Origin: Eubacteriales bacterium
Lineage (GTDB): Bacteria > Bacillota > Clostridia > Oscillospirales > CAG-272
Length of the DNA: 49,639 nt
NCBI GenBank assembly: GCA_045632185.1
Contig: JAZQWF010000035.1
Coordinates: 1 to 49,639, forward strand
Reading direction: 5' to 3'
The translations under genes and the position numbers were made by a program. Every line of letters begins with the position of its first letter. The first letter of the stretch is position 1. Below the pieces are notes generated by a model, which made no database searches, was not told the DNA's origin, and was given only the letters and a program-made list of their open reading frames with translations. Positions 36,498 through 43,964 of the stretch are shown piece by piece.

Positions 36498-37771
36498 TGA
36501 AATTGCTCAAAACATTCGGTATCCTTCTCATCGTTGTTGCCCTGTTCGGCACCGCTATGTTCGGCCTGAACTTTGTAACCGGCCCGATCATTGAAGCAAA
36601 CAAGGCCGGCGCTGCCAATGACCGCCTGAATGCTGTTATGCCCGGCGGCACGGCGTACGAGGACATCACCTCCACCCTTTCCAACGTTCCCGCTAACGTG
36701 AAGAAGGTAAGCAAAGAAACCAGCGGCCTTGGCTTCGTTATTGAATGTACCGCAACCTCGCAGTACACCGGTGGCGATCCCATGGATATCGTTCTCGGCG
36801 TAGATGCTGAGGGCAAGATCTGCGGCATCAACCTGGTATCCCACTCCGAGTCCCTGATCTTCGGTGCTGATTACCCCGCAACCTATATCGGCAAGGACTC
36901 CGCTCTCACGGGAGTTGAGCTGTATGCCGGCTCCACCTTCTCCTCCACCGCATTCAAGAACGCCGTTAGCGACGCTATGGGCGTACTGATCTCCAACAAC
37001 CTGATCAAGGAGGGCGTCAAGACCGAGGAGCAGATCCTCGCCGAGATGATCCCCACGCTGCACACCGGTCTTTCCGCCGGCGGCATTCTGAAAGCAGAAA
37101 AGATCGTTGCAAGCGGTAACATCGTCGAGGGCTATAAGGCACTCAACGGCTCCGGCTTTGCCTTCATTATGCAAAGCGGCGATGCCAAGCTGCTTGTGCT
37201 TGTCAATGCAGCGGGCGCTTGCAAGGTCGTTGACACCACCGGTGCAGACGTAACCGCCGCCAACGAGGCACTTTGCACCGAGGCACTCACCGCGGCAGGC
37301 ACCTTCAAGGATTACACGGCCGCACTCAGCACCACGATCCTTGCTCATTACAGCGATGCAACCGCTATCACCAAGCTGGACTTCACCACCTTTGGTAACG
37401 TTGCATTTGCCGTATCCTTCCAATCTGCCGGAAACACCTACTACGCATTCTACTCTGTGCCCCTTTCCTACGAGGACAGCGTAATGTCCATCACGACCAT
37501 TCTGGACGCCAACGGCGCCATCGTGAAGCAGGATATCAAGCAGATGGCATTCGGCCACGGCGTTGAGTATATGGACGGCATCAAGGATTTGGTCAACAGC
37601 TCCTCCTCTGCATTCCAGAACTTCTTGGGCAAGTTCGCAGGGCTTACCGAGGACACTCTTACCGATAGCGTGCTGGTCACCGGTGCAACCGTTTCCACCA
37701 GCGCAGTGAAGCTTGCTACCGCTGATGCGTTTGCTGCATTCAAATCCATCAACAACGGAGGTAACCAGTAA
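36497..37771 (+). CDS. rnfG: Extended RnfG-like subunit with two FMN-binding domains
   Basis: N-terminal TM followed by VTGPIIE; motifs AGSTFSS and VTGATVST; 424 aa, about twice a typical RnfG. Confidence 0.8.
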   Translation: MKLLKTFGILLIVVALFGTAMFGLNFVTGPIIEANKAGAANDRLNAVMPGGTAYEDITSTLSNVPANVKKVSKETSGLGFVIECTATSQYTGGDPMDIVLGVDAEGKICGINLVSHSESLIFGADYPATYIGKDSALTGVELYAGSTFSSTAFKNAVSDAMGVLISNNLIKEGVKTEEQILAEMIPTLHTGLSAGGILKAEKIVASGNIVEGYKALNGSGFAFIMQSGDAKLLVLVNAAGACKVVDTTGADVTAANEALCTEALTAAGTFKDYTAALSTTILAHYSDATAITKLDFTTFGNVAFAVSFQSAGNTYYAFYSVPLSYEDSVMSITTILDANGAIVKQDIKQMAFGHGVEYMDGIKDLVNSSSSAFQNFLGKFAGLTEDTLTDSVLVTGATVSTSAVKLATADAFAAFKSINNGGNQ

Positions 37772-38391
37772 TGAATAAGACGAAAACTTCCTACCTCCTG
37801 AGAGGCACGCCCTCCGTGCTTCTGGTGCTTGGTGCCGGCTTTGTTATGGCATCCAGCGCCGATATCCGTGCCGCTCTTGGCATGGGCGCAGCTGTGCTGC
37901 TTGCGATGCTGCTTAGCTCCATCGTGATCTCCGCTCTGCACAAGTTTATCCCCTGCTACGCAAAAACCCCTGTTTACCTGATGATCATCACCGGCTTCGT
38001 TTCCCTGATCTCCATGCTGATGCAGGCATTCTTCCCCATTGTGGTAGAGATGCTCGGCGTGCATCTGGCAACGCTTGCCGTCAGCGCGGTCATCTTCCGC
38101 GACTGCGAAGAGGTTGCGGATTGCTGCGACGAGATCGTAACGATCAAAACCTCGCTTGTAACCGGCGCGTTCTTCACCGTTGTGATGGTGGTTTGCGCAC
38201 TCATTCGTGAGATCTTCGGCAACGGCTCGATCTTCGGCCTTGAAATCAAGTTCATGCAGAACGTCAAGATCTCTGCTCTTGCAGGCGCCTTTGGCGGTTA
38301 CCTTGTGCTTGCTATCGTGATGGCTGTGATCAACAAGCTCACCGGCCTTCACCATCATCTGGAAGAAAACGCAGAAAAGGAGGATAACTGA
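37771..38391 (+). CDS. rnfE: RnfE-like membrane subunit lacking the conserved Fe-S Cys ligands
   Basis: LGMG, VISAL.KFIP, IREIFG.G.IFG; LGAGF replaces LGxCP and VSAVI replaces VNCII. Confidence 0.85.
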   Translation: MNKTKTSYLLRGTPSVLLVLGAGFVMASSADIRAALGMGAAVLLAMLLSSIVISALHKFIPCYAKTPVYLMIITGFVSLISMLMQAFFPIVVEMLGVHLATLAVSAVIFRDCEEVADCCDEIVTIKTSLVTGAFFTVVMVVCALIREIFGNGSIFGLEIKFMQNVKISALAGAFGGYLVLAIVMAVINKLTGLHHHLEENAEKEDN

Positions 38392-38393
38392 TT

Positions 38394-38957
38394 ATGGAAT
38401 TCAACGTCATTTTGGGCATCCTTCTTGCCGGCCTTCTTTCTAACAACTACGCGTTGCTTCACTTCCTTGGTACCGGCGCTGTGCTGGAAAACGAGCGCTC
38501 CTCCAAGAAATCTCTCATGCTTGGTCTTGGCACCACCGTGGTCATGCTGATCTCCACCCTGATCACCCACCCCATCAACCAGTATCTGCTTGCCAAGGTC
38601 CCCTACCTGCAAACGATGGTCTTTGTACTGGTCGTTCTGGCAGTTGTAGAGCTTCTTCACATTGCTGCAAGCAAGCTGCTTGACGGTTACTGCCGCGCAG
38701 ATTTCGTCAAGTTCGCCATCAACGGCGCGGTTCTCGGTCTTTGTATCCACAACACCGAGCACAGCTTCGGCGAGGCGATCGTTACCTCCGTGGCTGTCGG
38801 TATCGGCTTTATGCTGACGATGACGCTTTTCGCCAAGATCAAGGACGATTACGTTGACGAGGAAGCGATCCCCGCTTCCTTCCAGGGTCTGCCCATCGCC
38901 CTCTTGACTGCCGGCATGATCGCACTGGCAATGCTGGCTCTGCAATTCAAATTCTGA
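38394..38957 (+). CDS. rnfA: RnfA-like membrane subunit lacking the conserved Fe-S Cys ligands
   Basis: NNYALLHFLG, YLQTMVFVLV, IPASFQGLPIALLTAGMIALA; FLGTG replaces FLGxCP and INGAVLG replaces TNCAVLG. Confidence 0.87.
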   Translation: MEFNVILGILLAGLLSNNYALLHFLGTGAVLENERSSKKSLMLGLGTTVVMLISTLITHPINQYLLAKVPYLQTMVFVLVVLAVVELLHIAASKLLDGYCRADFVKFAINGAVLGLCIHNTEHSFGEAIVTSVAVGIGFMLTMTLFAKIKDDYVDEEAIPASFQGLPIALLTAGMIALAMLALQFKF

Positions 38958-39310
38958 TGAGCAAAAAAGATCTGATCCTGATCGGGATCATCCTTGCGGT
39001 GATCCTGATCTCGTTTCCGGTGATCTCGCTATTCAAGCAGGACGGTGCTTACGTGATCGTTCGCGTGGATGGCAACGAGGTCGCCAGATACGATCTGAAC
39101 GAGAACGGGCAATATGATCTCAACGGAGGAACAAACGTCCTTCGCATTGAGGACGGTACCGCCTATCTCGTGTCCGCCGACTGTCCCGATCATCTTTGCG
39201 TCAATCAGGGCAAGATCGACGAGAGCGGCGAGGTGATCACGTGCCTGCCCAACCGCCTTACCATAACGGTGTACGGCGCGGGCGACAACGAGGTCGAGCT
39301 GATCAGTTAA
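38957..39310 (+). CDS. NusG domain II-containing (DUF1312) membrane-anchored protein
   Basis: KKDLILI TM anchor; ADCPDHLCV.QG.I...GEVITCLPNR. Confidence 0.9.
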   Translation: MSKKDLILIGIILAVILISFPVISLFKQDGAYVIVRVDGNEVARYDLNENGQYDLNGGTNVLRIEDGTAYLVSADCPDHLCVNQGKIDESGEVITCLPNRLTITVYGAGDNEVELIS

Positions 39311-39328
39311 CAAAGAAAGGAGAGCATC

Positions 39329-39823
39329 ATGAAAGCCAAACGAGTGACCTTTTTGGGATTATCCATCGCACTTGCTATGATCCTCTCCTTCGTAGAGCAT
39401 CAGATCCCCGCGCTGGTCGCAATCCCGGGCATCAAGGTAGGTCTTCCCAACATCGTGATGGTGTTTCTTCTGTACCGTGTGGGCTGGAAGGAAACCGTCA
39501 CCGTCAGCATCATTCGCATTCTTTTGGTGTCGATGCTATTCGGCAACGCGCAAACCATGACGTTCAGTATCGCGGGCGCGGTGCTGAGTTTATTGGGTAT
39601 GATCCTGCTCAAAAAGCTGAACTGGTTTTCCTGCATCACCGTCAGCATTGCCGGTGGTATCCTGCATAATATCGGGCAGATCATCGCCGCCGTCTTCTGG
39701 ACGGGTACGGCGCAGATCGCCTTCTATCTCCCCGTTCTGCTGATCAGCGGCACGGTGGCGGGCACCTTGATCGGCATTCTTTCCGGCATGATGGTCAAGC
39801 GCATGGAAAAATGGAAATTCTAA
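39329..39823 (+). CDS. Gx transporter family / heptaprenyl diphosphate synthase component I-like protein
   Basis: ALAMILSFVE..IP...PGIKVGLPNI, SIAG, HNIGQI, YLPVL. Confidence 0.9.
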   Translation: MKAKRVTFLGLSIALAMILSFVEHQIPALVAIPGIKVGLPNIVMVFLLYRVGWKETVTVSIIRILLVSMLFGNAQTMTFSIAGAVLSLLGMILLKKLNWFSCITVSIAGGILHNIGQIIAAVFWTGTAQIAFYLPVLLISGTVAGTLIGILSGMMVKRMEKWKF

Positions 39824-39824
39824 C

Positions 39825-40147
39825 AACAAAAGAAAAACACCCCCAAACGGGGGTGTTTTTCTTTTGTTCGCGCACATTTCCAAGGCACTCAAAACCAGAT
39901 GCAGAAGCCGTGATCGCAATACGCCGCCATATTTCAATGCCGCATGTGGTGCGGGCGCGGCTCACAAACAAAAACCCGCACCAAACGGTGCGGGTTTTGT
40001 ATGTTCTGCGCGCTTCCCCAGGCGCTCGAAATCAGATGCAGAAGGCGTGATCGCGAACGCCGCTGTATTGGAATACTGCAAGTGAACGAGCACGGCTAAT
40101 AAACAAAAAACACCCCCAAACGGGGTTTTTTTTGTTATGTTCTGCGC
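39825..40147. repeat. Degenerate ~137-bp tandem repeat (two full units, three hairpins); the first hairpin also serves as terminator
   Basis: CAGATGCAGAAG.CGTGATCGC at 39896 and 40033; hairpins centred on CCAAACGG at about 39843, 39981 and 40116. Confidence 0.8.
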
Positions 40148-40170
40148 TGATTTAGAGCGCCTTACATTTA

Positions 40171-41580
40171 TTACTTGAGCAGAGCCTCAGCAATAGCCTT
40201 TGCAGCCGTCTTGCCTGCGCCCATTGCGGAGATAACGGTTGCAGCACCGGTTACGGCGTCACCGCCTGCGTAAACGGCGTCACGGGAGGTCAGACCGTCC
40301 TCGTTGACGACGATGCCGCCCCAACGGTTGACCTCAAGGCCCTTGGTGGTGGACTTGATCAGGGGGTTGGGGGAGGTACCGATGGACATAACCACGGTGT
40401 CAACGGCAAGCTCGAAATCGCTGCCGGGAACAACAACGGGACGGCGTCTGCCCTTCTCGTCGGGCTCGCCAAGCTCCATCTTCACGCACTTCATGCCCGT
40501 GACGAAGCCATTCTTGGGATCGCGGGGATCCTCGGGATTGTTGTAACCAACGATCTCGGTGGGGTTGCACAGAAGCTGGAATACAATTCCCTCCTCCTCA
40601 GCATGCTCGACCTCTTCCTTACGTGCAGGAAGCTCCTCCATAGAACGACGGTAAACGATGTAAACAGTCTCAGCACCAAGACGAAGCGCGGTACGAGCGG
40701 CGTCCATAGCCACATTACCACCGCCGACAACGGCAACCTTGCCACCCTTCATGATGGGGGTGTCGGGATTGTCGAGGTATGCCTTCATCAAGTTGCTTCT
40801 GGTCAGGAACTCGTTTGCGGAGTAAACGCCCTTGTAGGACTCGCCGGGGATACCCATGAAGTTGGGCAGACCTGCGCCGGAGCCAACGAATACGGCCTCA
40901 TAGCCCATCTCGAACAGCTCGTCAATGGTGAGCGTCTTACCGATAACCACGTTGGCCTCGATCTTCACGCCAAGTGCCTTCAAGCCCTCAACCTCCTTAG
41001 CAACGATTGCCTTGGGAAGACGGAATTCGGGAATACCGTAAACCAGCACGCCGCCTGCGGTGTGCAGTGCCTCAAATACAGTAACCTCAAAGCCGGCCTT
41101 TGCCAGGTCGCCTGCGCAGGTAAGGCCGGAGGGGCCGGAACCGACGATAGCCACCTTGTGGCCGTTGGACTCGGGCTTTACGGGAGCTGCGGTGCAGAAG
41201 GTATTGTGCCAGTCAGCAACAAATCTTTCCAGACGGCCGATACCAACGCTCTCGCCCTTGATACCGCGTACACACTTGGACTCGCACTGCGTTTCCTGAG
41301 GGCAAACACGGCCGCAAACTGCGGGCAGAGAGGAGGACTTGGTGATGATCTGGTATGCACCCTCGAAATCACCCTCCTTGATCTTGGTGATGAATTCGGG
41401 AATGTGGATCTTTACAGGGCAACCCTGTACGCAGGGCATATGCTTGCAGTTCAGGCAGCGATTTGCCTCGTCGATCGCCTGCTCCTCGGTATAGCCGAGA
41501 GCAACCTCTTGGAAATTGCGCGCGCGGACCTTTGCGTCCTGCGTGGGCATTTCGTTACGTTTCAGAGCCATATTTGCCAT
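40171..41580 (-). CDS. nfnB: NfnB (large subunit of the electron-bifurcating transhydrogenase; GltD-like)
   Basis: RCLNCK..PCVQGCPV, CGRVCPQETQCE, VGSGPSGL, YGIPEFRLP, VVGGGNVAMD, AGGDAVTGAATV; paired with nfnA. Confidence 0.9.
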   Translation of the reverse strand: MANMALKRNEMPTQDAKVRARNFQEVALGYTEEQAIDEANRCLNCKHMPCVQGCPVKIHIPEFITKIKEGDFEGAYQIITKSSSLPAVCGRVCPQETQCESKCVRGIKGESVGIGRLERFVADWHNTFCTAAPVKPESNGHKVAIVGSGPSGLTCAGDLAKAGFEVTVFEALHTAGGVLVYGIPEFRLPKAIVAKEVEGLKALGVKIEANVVIGKTLTIDELFEMGYEAVFVGSGAGLPNFMGIPGESYKGVYSANEFLTRSNLMKAYLDNPDTPIMKGGKVAVVGGGNVAMDAARTALRLGAETVYIVYRRSMEELPARKEEVEHAEEEGIVFQLLCNPTEIVGYNNPEDPRDPKNGFVTGMKCVKMELGEPDEKGRRRPVVVPGSDFELAVDTVVMSIGTSPNPLIKSTTKGLEVNRWGGIVVNEDGLTSRDAVYAGGDAVTGAATVISAMGAGKTAAKAIAEALLK

Positions 41581-41581
41581 A

Positions 41582-42436
41582 TTACTGCACCTCTTTCTTA
41601 AACAGATTGCAGGCAGCCTCGTGTGCGTGGCGCTCGAAGTCCGCGTACATTCTGCCTCTGGACATAGCTTCGTCGAAATCGACCTCGTAGCCGTTGAAGT
41701 CAGGACCGTCTACGCAAGCGAACTTGGTGACCTTCTTGCCGTCAACGTTCAGGGTAAGACGGCAACCGCCGCACATGCCCGTGCCGTCGATCATAACGGG
41801 GTTCATAGAAACGGTAACGGGCGTGCCGAAGGGCTTAGCCGTTGCCACCACGAACTTCATCATGATCAGAGGACCGATGGTGATGATCATATCAAACTTT
41901 TCGCCCTTTTCCAGCATTTCCTTCAAGGGCATGGTCACGTTGCCGTGCTCGCCGTAAGAACCGTCGTCGGTCATCACGCGCAACGTATTAGAGCAGGCCT
42001 TGAACTCGTCCTCCAAAATCAGCAGATCCTTGTTACGGAAGCCGATGATGCTGGTAACCTCAGCGCCCATCTCGTGAAGCGCCTCAGCAATGGGCATTGC
42101 GATGGCACAGCCAACGCCGCCGCCCACGATGCAAACCTTCTTCAAGCCGTCCAGGTGAGTGGGCTCACCAAGGGGGCCTACGAAATCCTGAATAAAGTCG
42201 CCTGCTTCCTTATGAGCAAGCTTCTCGGTGGTGCCGCCAACGACCTGGAAGATGATCTTCACGCCGCCCTTAACGGGATCAACGCCTGCAACGGTCAGGG
42301 GAATACGCTCACCCTCTGCGTCAACACGCAGGATAATGAACTGGCCGGGCTTTGCCTTGTTGGCCACCAGGGGTGCCTCGATCCACAGCTGGATAACGGT
42401 GGGGTTCAGCACCTTTTTGTCTAAAATCTTGTACAT
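41582..42436 (-). CDS. nfnA: NfnA (small subunit; FAD/NAD and [2Fe-2S])
   Basis: PGQFII, GERIPLT, VGPLG, VGGGVG, IGPLIMM, MIDGTGMCGGCR, CVDGPDF. Confidence 0.9.
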   Translation of the reverse strand: MYKILDKKVLNPTVIQLWIEAPLVANKAKPGQFIILRVDAEGERIPLTVAGVDPVKGGVKIIFQVVGGTTEKLAHKEAGDFIQDFVGPLGEPTHLDGLKKVCIVGGGVGCAIAMPIAEALHEMGAEVTSIIGFRNKDLLILEDEFKACSNTLRVMTDDGSYGEHGNVTMPLKEMLEKGEKFDMIITIGPLIMMKFVVATAKPFGTPVTVSMNPVMIDGTGMCGGCRLTLNVDGKKVTKFACVDGPDFNGYEVDFDEAMSRGRMYADFERHAHEAACNLFKKEVQ

Positions 42437-42645
42437 ATTCTTCCTCCCTTTTAGAAATGGAGATCACACAAAGCCGATCTCCGTTTTTTAAGTACAATTT
42501 CAAATGGCGGAAAGCTACCGCACCGCAACGGTTCGATATTTTTCCTCACTTTGACTATTATATCACAAACTTTCTCATTATGCAAGCCTAAAATGAGAGT
42601 TTATTATTTTTTATATTATTATATAATAATCGTTAATTTGCACAC

Positions 42646-42877
42646 GCAACTGCGCGCAAGCGCTCGACTCCCCCTTTTGCTGTGATATGGAGGCTTCGAG
42701 GCAATAATGAAAGCCATACCGCACGCAAGGCAAATCACTGTTTTCTCATGTGTGCGTATTAAAACAGTTGAAGCACCGAAAAGCACAACACTAATGTCAA
42801 ATGCCACCTTCATAAAAGAGTGAGAAACCGCCCTTGGTCGCGTGTCTTTCGCGAGAAAGTGCTTGCGCAGATGTTGC
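42646..42877 (+). ncRNA. Candidate structured non-coding RNA (family not identified)
   Basis: Closing stem 42646-42664/42858-42877, inner stems, and two hairpins with complementary loops; no convincing ORF; strand is a guess. Confidence 0.4.
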
Positions 42878-42938
42878 TACAAAAAAGACATTCTCTTCGG
42901 GAAATCTCCCATTTCTCACACCGTTTCGGCACTAAATC

Positions 42939-42969
42939 AAAAAAGAGGCGCTTTCGCGCCTCTTTTTTT
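42939..42969. terminator. Bidirectional intrinsic terminator
   Basis: AAAAAAGAGGCGC-TTTC-GCGCCTCTTTTTTT. Confidence 0.85.
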
Positions 42970-43735
42970 AACCAAGCAAAAGGTCGGTGACAAGCATCAC
43001 GCAAAAGCCGATAAGCAACGCGTAGGTGGCACCGCGCTGATGCCCCTCGTGATGCGTTTCAGGGATCATCTCGTCACTGATGACGTACAGCATCGTACCG
43101 CCCGCAAAGGCCAGTGCAAAGGGCAGGATCGCGGCGGCAACGCTGACGGCAAAATAACCGATCAGGGTACCCACAACCTCAACCACACCTGTCATCATAG
43201 CAAGCACCAGCGTCTTGCCCTTGGAAACGCCGGCGGCCAGCATCGGGCCAATGATGACCATACCCTCGGGGATATTCTGCAATGCGATACCGCCCGCGAT
43301 GATCAGCGCTTGCGCGGTATCACCCGAGCCAAATCCCACGCCCGCTGCAATACCCTCGGGCAGGTTATGAATGGCGATCGCCATCACGAAAAGCAGCACC
43401 TTGCTGAGCTGTGCGTTGCGGTGCGGCTCCTCGTCCTTCGAGGCGATCATTTTGTGCAGGTGAGGCACCAGCTTGTCGATCAGGTTCAGACACAACGCAC
43501 CTGCAAAAATGCCGGACACGGTGAACAGAATGGCAAGCCCCGTGCCGTACTCCTCGCCGTATTCCAGCGAAGGGATCACAAGACCGATCACGGCCGCCGC
43601 CAGCATGACGCCTGCGGCAAAGGACAGCACGATGTCCGAAAATTTATGCGAAATATTCTTAAACAAAAAGCCGATCAGCGCGCCAAGCACAGTCGCTCCG
43701 CCCACGCCTGCGGCAGTCAGTAATACCAGCTCCAT
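42968..43735 (-). CDS. ZIP family (ZupT/GufA) metal transporter
   Basis: FAAGVMLAA, IAIHNLPEGIA.G, IALQNIPEG, AGGTMLYV..EMIPE. Confidence 0.92.
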   Translation of the reverse strand: MELVLLTAAGVGGATVLGALIGFLFKNISHKFSDIVLSFAAGVMLAAAVIGLVIPSLEYGEEYGTGLAILFTVSGIFAGALCLNLIDKLVPHLHKMIASKDEEPHRNAQLSKVLLFVMAIAIHNLPEGIAAGVGFGSGDTAQALIIAGGIALQNIPEGMVIIGPMLAAGVSKGKTLVLAMMTGVVEVVGTLIGYFAVSVAAAILPFALAFAGGTMLYVISDEMIPETHHEGHQRGATYALLIGFCVMLVTDLLLG

Positions 43736-43872
43736 CAGACTTCTCCTTAGACTGTTTTGTTATTTCCTTGATTGTATCACATTAAAACCGGTTCTGTCAA
43801 GTGCCATTTTTGCCGCTTTTCTTTACAAAAGATGTATAATTTGTAATTTTTTGTTTATTTGTGTAAAAGGGT

Positions 43873-43901
43873 TTGACAAACTTATTAAAATATTATATAA
43901 T
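43873..43901 (+). promoter_or_regulatory. sigmaA promoter of the paaK-ior operon
   Basis: TTGACA-N17-TATAAT. Confidence 0.75.
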
Positions 43902-43964
43902 AATTTTTATATTTATTTTATCACTTTCGTTTTGAACGAAATACAACCCACAGGAGTTTTAGAT

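Noticed and set aside
39825-40147. Possible CRISPR array
   Set aside because: The intervening segments resemble each other and are ~95 bp long, the hairpins are not identical, and there are no cas genes.
40171-41580. Annotation as true glutamate synthase
   Set aside because: No gltB large subunit; pairing with the FAD/[2Fe-2S] small subunit indicates NfnAB.
42660-42675. tRNA/tmRNA-like T-arm fragment (TCGACTCCCC)
   Set aside because: No cloverleaf, acceptor stem, CCA end or tag reading frame.
42619-43004. Short minus-strand ORFs 42619-42813 and 42810-43004
   Set aside because: No RBS or recognisable motif, and the second crosses the ZIP gene terminator.
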